From: Antechinus flavipes
Taxonomy: Eukaryota
Direction of reading: 5' to 3'
DNA: 64,000 nucleotides
Assembly (NCBI RefSeq): GCF_016432865.1
Contig: NC_067400.1
Coordinates: 334,552,001 to 334,616,000 of the forward strand
Part shown: positions 1 to 11,491 of the stretch, one piece after another
Layout of the letters: each line of letters opens with the position of its first letter
Numbering within the stretch: position 1 is the first letter of the stretch
The notes under the pieces: model-generated
What the model saw: only the letters and a program-made list of their open reading frames with translations
The model's database searches: none
Told to the model about the DNA's origin: nothing
Translations under genes and position numbers: made by a program

Positions 1-1134
1 GATCAAATGAAAAACAGAGGGGGTTTATTTGTACACTGCATTATAATAATTGTAATAACACTATCAATCTACCTTCTAGATCGTATTGATCTACCATCTA
101 CCAGAACATGGCTCTTGAGCCAGGAAATGATTTCTCTTTTGGATTTTGGAAAATCTTTTTGGATTTCTTTGATTTCTCCATCATGCTCCTGATCTTGGGA
201 CCTTTCCTCTCCCCTTTTACCACTTGCTCCCTTTCCTATTCTTGGAAGTATTGTCCTTTCCAATTAATAAGCTTCTTCAGACCTAGGACTTCCATTATAA
301 ATTTCGATCCCTATCACTTAGCATTGTTTGGCGTATAGTTAGCATTGAATAAATGTTTACTGACTGACCTACTAAGTGACTTTTTGTGATTAGGGTAAAA
401 CAAAACAGCTTTATACACTTAAGTACCCTCTGAGGACATCACTGTATGACATCAGTACAGATAGATCCATAGAATCTTGGAAGGGATCTGCAAAAATATT
501 AAAAGTTCATTCTCCTCATTCTCTTTATTTTATGGAGGAAGAAGAGGAAACTGAGGTTAAATGGAGTAAGCGATTTACTCCAAATCACACAGCTTATTAG
601 AAGCAGAATACTTCATAATAATCCTGTTTTATCAAAAAAAGGTTAAATTGTGCTAATTCAGCCTTTATTAGGTACTTCTAAGTGTTGGGAACTCAAAATG
701 TGAAAAACATACTTTTTAAGAGCTGGTAGGAGTTTAGAATTTATTAATATTTTTAGAGAGGCAGGAAAATGTATAAAAAGTTATGATTTCTATTAGAGGG
801 ATTTAGAGATTAAAAAAAAATTGAAGACTAATAAAAAGAAAAGTTTCATTATCTGGGAAAAAAAAATGATTTGTTAGGGTACTTTATTCAAGCCCCATTA
901 TGCCAGATACAGGGAGGATTGCTGCATTGTTACTTATTTTCAAAGCTTTTCTGACTAGGAGCAAACAAAAACAATAAAAGATTTTCTGTAGTTAGGGATT
1001 AGTTCTTGTCTGCTTAGGCAAAGAGTAATTGAATTTTTTTCAATCCAACAGTTGACATATTTAGTTTTCCACCTTTCAACATAAGTTTATTGCCTCTTTT
1101 ATTCCAGGGCATAGTTCCAGTTTGAGGTGAAACC

Positions 1135-1149
1135 ATGAAGAAAAAGTAG
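1135..1149 (+). promoter_or_regulatory. Upstream ORF MKKK* in the PXYLP1 5'UTR
   Basis: aaccATG AAG AAA AAG TAG ends 11 nt before the main ATG, inside the same exon. Confidence 0.6.
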
Positions 1150-1160
1150 AACAAATAATA

Positions 1161-1239
1161 ATGCTTTTCCGAAATCGTTTTTTGTTGCTGCTGGTCTTGG
1201 CTGCTTTACTGGCCTTTTTGAGCATCAGTCTGCAATTCT
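1161..1239 (+). CDS. PXYLP1: PXYLP1 first coding exon (MLFRNRFLLLLVLAALLAFLSISLQF, type II membrane anchor)
   Basis: Acceptor ttttattccAG ends at 1107; ATG at 1161; donor T|GTAAGT at 1240. 79 coding nt; peptide closely matches the human PXYLP1 N-terminus as recalled. Confidence 0.96.
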
Positions 1240-1725
1240 GTAAGTATGTCATGTCATGGTTTTTTTTTTTTTTTTTTTTACCTTTTTATTGTTGAGTATC
1301 CCAGAAGGGAAGACGTGATTAGGTATTCCTTGTTTATTCATTTAAGGAATAATGAAGTATGGAAAATCTGAATTCTTTGTTGTTTTTATAACATGAAAAT
1401 GGAAAATTTGTGTATATATAAGTATTAGTTTTGTTTTATTGTACATTGTTGTATATTGTTCATCCTCCCATGCCCTCTCCTTTGGCCAATTGTGACCTCT
1501 TTACTTTGCTTGCAAAGGTTTACTAGGAATGCCCTTATTGACTATCATCCCTTTCCCACTTTACCTATTTCTGGATCTGTTACTTTTTTTTTTTTTTTTT
1601 TTTTTGATATTTGACAAAATGTTTTATATCTTAGTCATGAATCTTACTGTTATTTGCTTCTCAATAATTTAGTTCATTTAGGTAACCCAAACTGTTGGAA
1701 TTAAACATATAAATGAGGAACTTTT

Positions 1726-2314
1726 ATTTTTTAAATTTTTTTTCATAATTGTAACTTTTTATTGACAGAACCCATGCCTGGGTAATTTTTTACAATATTA
1801 TCTCTTGTACTCACTTCTGTTCCAACTTTTCCCCTCCCTCAGTCCACCCCCTCTCCTCAATGGGAAGCAGTCTTATACATGTTAAGTATGGCACAGTATA
1901 TCCTAGATACAATATATGTGTACAGAACCGAACAGTTCTCTTGTTGTACAGGAAGAATTGGATTCAGAAGGTAAAAATAACCTGGGAAGAAAAACAAAAA
2001 AGCAAACAGTTTACATTCATTTCCCAGTGTTCTTTCTTTGGGTTAGCTGCTCCTGTCCATCATTGATCAACTGAAACTGAGTTAGATCTCTTTGTTGAAG
2101 AAATCCACTTCCATCAGAATACATCCTCATACAGTATCATTGTTGAAGTATATAATGATCTCTTGGTTCTGCTCATTTCACTTAGCATCAGTTCATGTAA
2201 GTCTCTCCAAGCCTCTCTGTATTCATCCTGCTGGTGATTTCTTACAGAACAATAATATTCCATAACATTCATATACCACAATTTACCCAACCATTCTCCA
2301 ATTGATGGGCATCC
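1726..2314 (-). mobile_element. 5'-truncated marsupial L1 3' end
   Basis: T-rich tail at left and L1 3'UTR sequence; 17-bp TSD ataaatgaggaactttt at 1709-1725 and 2315-2331. Confidence 0.9.
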
Positions 2315-4869
2315 ATAAATGAGGAACTTTTAATAGGTAGATGTCATCCTTTTTATAATCAGTTTAGAGTGATTTCATTGTTGTGAAATTTCCAAAGCAA
2401 ATTGAATTATGGGAAAGAGCATAATGGGATTGTAAAAAGAACATAATCTAGGAATATAAGTGTAGTTTGGGAGAAATCAAATTTTGGATGAAATGTCTGG
2501 GTAAGTAAGTTTTTAACAAGTTTCTTCATGTAATTTGCAGACTTATAATGGATGCTTAAGAAATGTTACTGTTGATAACAAAATTATTGAAAATATTTTT
2601 TTTAAAGAAAAAGTAATGGACCTACAGTTGATTAATGAATTTAAAAGTATAAAACTTGACACTTTCAGTGTGTGACTCAGTGGTTTGTTTATTATAACTT
2701 TTCATTCAAAAATTTTCCAGTCTTTGCTTGGAGAAGTGAACTCTTAGAGTCAACTCCAATTTTTCGTCTGAAAAGTTGACAGGTTAACTAAATGGTAGAA
2801 GCTAGAATAAGGGTTCATTTTATCTGCTCCATTTCTGTTTCATGAGTTGGTTTCCACGTCATTGAATTGGCTTACTTGGTTTGTTTATATAACTCTACTG
2901 AAAGTACCTTCTGTTTTAGGACAGTCAATTTTAAGACATACTTTTATAGACACATTTTGCAGGGTGAATTATCCTGTGTACAAGCACTTTTTTCTCTTGG
3001 ATTTATTGGTGATACAGAGGAATCAGAAATTAAGACATGGATATTTTTACATCATTTCTGCTCTTAGGTAAACTTTTATGCAAACTAATTTTTCCTCCAT
3101 TATTGTGGAAATTAGATTTATCTACTTAGATAATATTGAGTGTTTATACTATAACATAACTATAACTATAGAATAAGAAACTAGATTGTGAAAGTTTAAT
3201 TAAGCATGTTTTCTTTAGGCTTCCTACTTTTTAAATGAACTTTATATCACTATTTTGACTAATTTGTAGGTAGTGAATTAACAACATAAATATTTTTAAA
3301 TTGTATAATCAAATATAACATGATGATAAGACATAATATATTTGGTTTTGTGTTTTAAAATGATATTCTTTGCTATATTAATGTTTTTTCCTGATATTTT
3401 GAGAAGTCATGATGCTATTTAATATACAACAAAGTCATTCTATTTTCAATAGTATTTTTCTTTTAATAAGTACACTGGTGAACTTCATAAGTTTATAGAT
3501 ATTTAATCATTTACATTATATTTGATTGTGTAGAGGTGTAAAGAGATATAAAATATGCTTTTTTTTTTTTTTTTTTTTTGCTAGGTAAACCTAAAAAATC
3601 CTCTAATTACTGATTCTATATAAGTTAGATTTGTTTACACACAAAATACTAAGTATTGTGTATAGGGAAGTAAATAGTAAAAATTTAATTAAATAGGTTT
3701 TCTTTATGAACTGGTCTTCAAGTGTGTTATTTAAAATAAATGGATTTTGCTCCATTTTTTGGACTAATGTTTTGATAGGGAAGTAACAAATAGAAATACT
3801 TTTATAGCTTTAAATGATTTTTAAAATTTTTATGTTTTAATATTTTGAATTATGGAATTGCTGCTATTTCTGCTTTCATCTTTCATTATTTAATACTATA
3901 TTTTCTTCCTTGATATTCTCTTCTATCTAGGTTTTTAGGATCTCATTCTCTCCTGATTTACTTCCTACTTATGATACCTTCTTTTCTGTCTCCTTTGTTG
4001 TATTCTTTTCCAGTATCTTTCTTAGATCTCATAAAGGACTTTTTTCAATTACCGTGAAATTTTGCAAATTATAGTTGTCTGTTTTTGTAGGTTAACTCCT
4101 TTCTAGTTTGTGAACTATATGTCAGGACTGGACAGTTATATAAGCTCTTTATCTTCTTGAGTGGGTAAAACATTACTGCTAAGTAGGTTCTTAATAAATC
4201 AGGTGCTGAATTCTAAATTCTGTTGTTAGAAACAAAATTAAGAATATGTAAGAAGCATATGTTATTTATTATTAGGAGAAAACATCAGATTTAATTAAAC
4301 ATTGCTTGAAAATATAATAGCTTAAATTGAATTGAACATTTAAAAATAAAGTTGTGTATATGGCAAAGACTTCGGAGATTTACAGATTCATCATGAACCT
4401 GCTTTGGTTTTGTGTCTGCTTTTTACTTGTAGGTGATTAAGTACCAGTTTCATGCTTAATATTTTATTTAATATTTAGTCTTTCTATATTTCAAACTTAG
4501 ATAAGGAAGATTGGTTAATGTTTTTAATTGTAGGTGAATATATAGATTACCTTTAAATAAACTGAGATTAAACTTCAGAGAACCTTATGTGCCTGTTGTG
4601 TGCAAGGCATTATTATAATCAATTACATTTTAATTTTTACCTAAAAGAAAGTTATATAGATTTACTGAAGCATATTAATTTATTTGGTTAAGACTTGCAG
4701 ATTGATGCTCTCTCTATATAGTTAACATTTTCTAATTATGTTGAAAGAATTGACCTTCGCAAACTGTATTTATGTGTAAGACATTAGTGCAAATAGGAAT
4801 AAAACTCAAAAAATGGTATTAAAACCATTGTCACTAGTCAGAATTTTTATTATAGCATTGTATGAAATC

Positions 4870-5946
4870 TATTTGTGTTGTTACTAAAGATCTCTTGGTT
4901 GCCCATGCCAGTGGTCTTTTCTCAGTCCTTATTCTACTTGATCCCTCAGCAGCTTTTGATACTGTTGCTCACTTTTTCTTCCTTGATATTCTCTTCTATC
5001 TAGATTTTTAGGATCCCATTCTCTCCTGATTCACTTCCTACTGTTGATACTTCCTTTTCTGTCTCCTTTGTTGCATTCTTTTCCAGACCATGCCTTTTAA
5101 CCATAGGTGCCCTCCTGAGCTGGACCCTTTTCTCCATGGATACAGTTTCATTTGGTGATCTCATCAGCTCCCACAGATTTAATCTCCTATCTCAATTCTC
5201 AAATTCTCAAATCTGTTATCCTATCGCAATGTCTCTGCTACTCTCCAGTTTCTATCTGCAGCTGTCTTTCAGGAACCTTGAACTGGATATCTTGCAGAAA
5301 TATGAAACTCTCTTGATTTGCCCAAAATGGAATTCATTATATTTTCCCCTGAGCCCTCCCTGTCTCCTACCTTCCTTTTTATTGTGGAGGGCAACAGCAT
5401 TCTCTCAGCCGTTTAGGTTCACAACCTACAAGCCAACCTGGATTCCTCACTCTGCTGCCCCCTCCCCACCCCAAGGCCTACCAACTTCCCCTTTGCCAGA
5501 TTTCTTCAACAAGCTGCCCTTTCTCCCCTGCCACTGCCACCATCCTAGGCTGACCTTCATCACCTTGGCTATTGTAATAGCCTGCTCTTAAGTCTGCCTG
5601 CCTCAGCTCTCTCTATTCTAATCTGTTCTCCATTCATTCATTAAAATGGTTTTCCAAAGCATAGATCTAATCATGTCACATGACTCTTCTCCACACTCAG
5701 AAAACTCTTTTGACTTCCTGTTGTCTCAGGATCAAATATAGAGTGATCTGTTTGGCACCCAAAACCCTCATAACCTAGTCTGTTCCTACCTTTTCAGTCT
5801 TACACCTTCCTCCCCACTACTTACTCTCTGGTTCAGTGACATTGGCCTCTTGCCTGTTCCACACACAAAACAATCTGTCTCTTAGCTCTGGGCATTTTCT
5901 CTAGCTCTCCCATAAGCCTGGAATGCTTTACTGCGTCTGTTCCAAC
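4870..5946 (+). mobile_element. L2 LINE remnant (RT region to 3' part); continues about 6387-6690
   Basis: cttattctacttgatccctcagcagcttttgatact reads LILLDPSAAFDT (LINE RT motif); L2-type 3' tail near 6540-6690. Confidence 0.8.
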
Positions 5947-6386
5947 TGTTGAGGTGTGAAAAATGAGGGTTGAGAGATCCTCTGGTTGATGTTGCAGATT
6001 CTTTGCGAAAGAATTTGCATTGGAGAAGTTTGTGGCAAAAAATGAGTTTATTACACAAGAAAACAGGTTTTTTAGCAGGCAAAATCCTATTAGGATTATT
6101 TGCAAAAGTCTGGGCACACAGCTTTGATTTTATTGATTTTTTTTTTGTTGTTGTTGTTGTTGCCCCAAGCTAGGGAGAAATTTGAAAAACTAATTTTCGA
6201 ATCAATAGGAGTAGTGATTATGCCCCAGGCCAAGATCTCCAATTGAATCATAGGACATTATTTATCTGGGAGTTTGTCTTATAAGCAGGAAGGTAGGGCC
6301 TCTCCCAAAAGCCAAGAGGGGTTTTGATTCAGGGCCTTTCCAAGCCTTCCCCCCAAAAGATCAGGGGGAGAGTTTACATCACAACA
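5947..6386 (-). mobile_element. Probable solo LTR inserted in L2
   Basis: TG...CA ends with short terminal inverted similarity (tgttgaggtgt vs tgttgtgatgt); minus-strand TATA-like (ttataag, about 6280) and AATAAA (about 6046); L2 resumes after it. No clean TSD. Confidence 0.55.
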
Positions 6387-6586
6387 AATGACCTTTTTTG
6401 GATTCTTCCCAATTAAAATCCTGTATTCCATAGGAATCCTTTCCCAGCCCCTCTTAATTATAATGTTTTCCCCTTGTTAATGATTTCCTATTTATTCTGT
6501 ATATAACTTTGTATGTATTTGGTTTCATATTGTCTCTTCTCTTAGATTTCAAGATTCTTGAGGGAAGGGACTGTCATTTGCCTTTT

Positions 6587-6590
<4 letters not shown>

Positions 6591-6630
<40 letters not shown>
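6591..6630. repeat. (TG)20 microsatellite
   Basis: Direct reading. Confidence 0.95.
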
Positions 6631-6639
<9 letters not shown>

Positions 6640-7294
6640 TAGTCCTGAGGTTATCATTGTGCTTAGCACAAAGAGCTTGATAAATATCAATTGATTTATT
6701 ATTGAGAACCAACAGAGGAGAGTTGCTTCAGTGCTAATCCTTTGATCCTGAAATGGGAATATACAGGAATAATATATTATAGTTGGAGGGAGTAAGGGAA
6801 CTAAGAAATGAGAATATTGCTTACTTGACCAATATAGATAGCACAGAACCTCAGGAAGTAGCAGTGAGTAGATTTGAGTTTGATTTTTGGGAGAGACTGG
6901 CTGAATGTGGTAAGCAGTAAGCATTTAGGGAGGAAGGAAAATCTTTTTTAAAGCAAAATTGTAAGATATTTGAAGTTTTTACACAGAGATTACAAGCATA
7001 TTTGCTTATGATTGACTTCATTCCATGAATGATAATACTTTATTTTTCCTCATTTCCTTTTTGTCTGCTCTTCCTGATGATGATTTTTCATAGACTAATA
7101 GGTCACAGTCACCAAAATGATCTCTGAAATCTGACTCTTCTTTTTAATTTAATATCATTATTTTAAATTTATTTTTTATTCTGAACTTATCAAACATCAA
7201 AAAAAGAACATTGAAAGTATAATAGAAAATGGGGATTATATGTGAAATCATGACTCTTATGTAAAGCTTGCTTTAAAAAAAAAAAAAAAGAAAA

Positions 7295-7378
7295 CATCAT
7301 GTATGGTAGACACATGCCTGTAATCCCTGATATAGAAAGAGGCTAACAGTGTAGATTGCTTAAATTCAGAAATTCTGA
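7295..7378 (+). mobile_element. Degenerate 7SL-derived fragment (Alu-domain 5' part)
   Basis: tggtagacacatgcctgtaatccc...gaggcta...gattgcttaaattcagaaattctg aligns by eye to the 7SL 5' end ggtggcgcgtgcctgtagtccc...gaggctg...gatcgcttgagtccaggagttctg, with CpG decay. Confidence 0.6.
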
Positions 7379-8260
7379 ATTTACCTGAGCACTTCCAGGG
7401 TTTTTTGTGGTGATCAGATGAGAAAATATTTGTAAAGGGCTATGTAATTGCAAGGTGTTATTATTATTATTATTATTGTCATTAGCAGTTATAGTAACGT
7501 ATCTAGAATATTTTTTTTAGGGCAGCCCTGAGAGAAATCTTCTGACAAATAGAATTGTTCATTGCCTTTATTGCTACTGAGTTACCTTAGTTATCTTGAG
7601 TATTTTGATTTGGGGCTTCTTTGATATTTTAAGTAGATCTTTTGATTTGACTATTATCTCCGCTTCTTCATTTCACTTCCTTCTGTTCTTATTTTGTGTT
7701 ACTGCTTTATCTCTTATTATAAATCCCCAGAAAGAATTCCCTCAATGTGTCAGAAGCCTCAATTATGGTGACTTTGGACATTTCCTTTAATTTTAATGCT
7801 GAGAAAGATACTGACACGAATTATCATATTATCTCTTAGTTTAGATTTATAGACTAAAGCATAATCTAGTACCTATTTGTTTTATTAGATATTGGTAGTA
7901 AAGAATTGGTACTAAATGGAAAAAAAATCACCTATGAGTACAAGGTACTGGAAAGCAAATATAGGGATTCAGTAAAGAACAAACTGTGCTGACGTGTCTG
8001 ATCTGATGTCCTATAATAGAGTTATAGGAAGTGCTGAGAAGAAACTATAGATAATATATTTTATTTAAACCTATCTTGGTCAAAATGAGGCTTCATTTTT
8101 ATGCTCCATATTATGTTATCAGCAAATTAGAAAAATGTCATCTAGTTCTGTGATTTTTTAAAAAAACATTCTGCAATTGTATTCTGTGGAGTAGAATTAA
8201 TCATCTCCAGGATCTAGTCCAGAAGTTTAAAAAAATGATGGCTACATCTTGTGTACATCT

Positions 8261-8647
8261 TTTTTTTTTTTTAAAATATTTTATTTTATTTTATTTTATT
8301 TAATAATAACTTTATATTGATAGAATCCATGCCAGGGTAATTTTTTTACATTATCCCTTGCACTTGTTTCTGTTCCGATTTTTCCCCTCCTTCCCTCCAC
8401 CCCCTCCCCTAGATGGCAAGCAGTCCTATATATGTTAGATATGTTGCAGTATATCCTAGATACAATATATGTTTGAAGAACTGAACAGTTCTCTTGTTGC
8501 ACAGGGAGAATTGGATTCAGAAGGTAAAAATAACCCGGGAAGAAAAACAAAAATGCAGATAGTTCACATTTGTTTCCCAGTGTTCTTTCTTTGGGCGTAG
8601 CTGCTTCTGTCCATCATTTATCAATTGAAACTCAGGTCTCTTTGTCA
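8261..8647 (-). mobile_element. 5'-truncated L1 3' end
   Basis: Poly-T/TTTTA tail; same 3'UTR family as 1726-2314; 15-bp TSD atcttgtgtacatct at 8246-8260 and 8648-8662. Confidence 0.9.
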
Positions 8648-9154
8648 ATCTTGTGTACATCTAACTGCTAAACAAAAACTGTTTTGGCAAACAATTTCAT
8701 TTGAAGCACATCCTTTTGTTAAACTATTTCAACAAAGGATTTCAGTTGAACATGAGATTGCATGCCTAAATTTAATGGATTATTTTACTGTTATGTGTGT
8801 GGAATTGTGGCTAGGTGGTTAATTTTTGTGTCTTACAATCAGTAGTACTTTCAGATATATTCGTTCTGTTTAATACATAGTTAAAAACAAAATTACCTTA
8901 AAAAACCCAAACCAAACCAAAAGCTTCCCAAACATATCAACCCTTGCTTTCAGCATATCGAAGAAATATAATATTCTGTTGAAAAAGTTATAAAAAAGAT
9001 TTCCATTGAAGAAATTGACACTGAAGTGGCTTCAAGAATAATTCACTTAACTAAATGCAATGTAATTCAGAAAAAAAATTAAATGTGAAATTCAGAATTA
9101 CATTGTACAATTATATTCATGCAACTACTTAATTACATTGAATTTTTTTTTTAG

Positions 9155-9313
9155 TCCACCTAACACCAGTAACACCAGTCAAAAATGGAATGAATGGTAA
9201 AAATCGCAAGAGAATAATGCCTGATCCATTGACTGAACCTCCTGTTGTTAACCCTATTCATGAAGCTCGTATTTACTGCAATATTCCAAGCATTACTGAA
9301 CGTAGTGCAGAAG
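9155..9313 (+). CDS. PXYLP1: PXYLP1 coding exon 2 (…HLTPVTPVKNGMNGKNRKRIMPDP…NIPSITERSAE)
   Basis: tttttttttttAG acceptor at 9153-9154; G|GTAGGT donor at 9314; 159 nt, phase 1 to 1, frame continuous. Confidence 0.96.
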
Positions 9314-9694
9314 GTAGGTTTTTGCAATATTGTATAACAAATTCAGTATCTACAATAAATAGTTTTTTTTTCCCTTAGAACTACTTTGAAATAAAGAGTT
9401 ATAGGTTTAAAATACTTGGATGGGGAGGGGCGGGTCAGGGCAAAATGATAGCAGGAATAAGTGTACTCAGCCTTACAGCTTGGTTATCTTAAAGTTCAAA
9501 ATCTTTTAAAATGTAGGAATATGCCCCAATATGTTTCATGGAAATTAGTGTTTTATATTGATAAGTAGAATTTTGCTCTGTACACAGTTTTTTAAAGGAA
9601 TATCTTTTTGTATTAAAGTATTCATACAAAACCTAGTATATCTTAATATTGTTCCCAAAACTAATATTTAAACTATACATTTCTTATTCTGTAG

Positions 9695-9821
9695 GTCATG
9701 CACCTTATTATTTCAAGTTAGTTTCTGTTCATGTGTTAATTCGTCATGGAGACAGATACCCACTTTATGCCATTCCTAAAACAAAGCGACCAGAAATTGA
9801 CTGTACTTTGGTTGCTAACAG
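9695..9821 (+). CDS. PXYLP1: PXYLP1 coding exon 3 with histidine-phosphatase motif RHGDRYP
   Basis: ttctgtAG acceptor at 9693-9694; AG|GTAAGC donor at 9822; RHGxRxP at 9742-9762; 127 nt. Confidence 0.97.
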
Positions 9822-10028
9822 GTAAGCTGCATTTAACAAATCTTTTCCATGATTATAATTATTTTTGAAACTAACATGTTGTTTCATTTGTTTCATACCA
9901 CCAGCTGTTGCTTGTCCTTTGTTTACACATTTTAATTTTCAAAATTAAAGAGGTAACATTCTTTAGGATTCTATTTTTAAAAATATGAATGATTATTGTG
10001 GTTTTTAAAAATAAATTTAGGTTATTGT

Positions 10029-10155
10029 GACAGCTAGGTGGCATAGTGGATAGAGCATTATCCCTAGAATCCAGAGGATTCAAGTTCTCCTGAGTTTAAA
10101 TCTGGACTCAGACATTTGATACTTGACTCTGGGCAAGTTACTTAACCCTGATTGC
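10029..10155 (+). mobile_element. WSINE1-like CORE-SINE
   Basis: cagctaggtggcatagtggatagagc head, B-box-like gtttaaatc, ctgggcaagttacttaaccc core. Confidence 0.8.
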
Positions 10156-11377
10156 GTTGGGCCCCCAAATTTAAATTTAGGTTATAAATTTCTTGAGGGC
10201 AGAGACACTTGTCTCATTCATTGTCTCTTTTGGATGGAATATGGCACAATGGAAAGAACATATTTGTTGTGTAGTCTAGAGGCCTGGGTTCAAATATTAC
10301 CTCTGAAGTTTACTGCACATGTGACTTTGACAGGCCTTGGTTTCCTTATCTGTAAAATAAAATCCTAACTCTAGGTCCATGATGTTGTCATGCCCAACTA
10401 TGCCCAGCCATGATATCTTTCATTTTTAGTAAAGATGTATAAATGGAAAGAATATCAAAATAGGAAATGGAAAATATGAATCTGGAAATTCTAAGATCTT
10501 AAAATTATAATGGTAGCTAACCACAAGAAAAAGTATGAGATGACAAGGATGTATTTAGAAATATGTAATATCCATAAGAGACAATATGGTCATGTGGTTA
10601 GAGGGCTGGTCATGGTGAAATGAAGACTTGGATACAAGTTCTGCTTCTAACACATACTAGCTATCTGACTGTGACCCATCATTTCATTTCTCAGCCCCCA
10701 CCCCCATTTCTTTCAAGACTATAAATTGCTGAGCAAGTGCCATTGATAAATAATTTCTTTACCAGAAGTTTCCTTAAGGCAACTAATAAGGCAATAGATT
10801 TTATTTCTAAAATATTAACAATGTTCTTTTAAATTTCGTTTAAATTATATAGTAGGAATATGTCATTTACCTAATCAAAAGATCAGGAGAAAGGCTCCTA
10901 CTTGATCTGGGTTCATATAGGCCAACAGAATTAATCTGGTATCAAGTGAATTCTTTTGGTCACCTATACCTGTTTGTATAGACACTCTTTGACCTAAATT
11001 GGAGCTTGTATCTCTCTTCAGTGGCCTGAACTGTCATATAATTACCAACTTATGCTGATTACTTCTTAGGGTCATATTTGAATCTGCTTGTACGATTAGG
11101 GCTTGTACAACTGTTTCAGTTCAGTTTGTTTTCCACATCCAAATTGCTGTGTTATAGAACTGACTTTGTGGTTTTTTATCCACCTTTTTTCATGTGCTCA
11201 TTTTGTATCTTACAAAATGCCTAGATATAGTAGCTACTCATTGAATGGAATCAAATTATCTCTCGAAACTAAAATAGAAGAATATTAATTGATTTTAAAA
11301 TTTTATAGAAAAAAATTTTCAAAGTTAATAGAATGTTTTTTTTTATTTTTCTTTTTACTCTTTAAAATTAAAAAAAA

Positions 11378-11491
11378 TTTTTTTTCCTGAGGCAATAGGA
11401 AGTGTTAAGTACCTGAAGTCAAATTTGAACTCAGGTCCTCCTGACTTCAGGGCTGGTGCTTTATCAAAACATTGTACCACCTTGCTGCCTC
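11378..11491 (-). mobile_element. WSINE1-like SINE
   Basis: Reverse-strand tRNA-like head (tttgaactcaggtcctcctgacttcaggg) and T tail. Confidence 0.75.

Noticed and set aside
1-1107. PXYLP1 promoter or first exon
   Set aside because: No CpG island or promoter-like sequence; the exon at 1108 begins with an acceptor, so the start site is upstream of the window.
5136-5591. 151-aa ORF
   Set aside because: Lies inside a decayed L2; low complexity.
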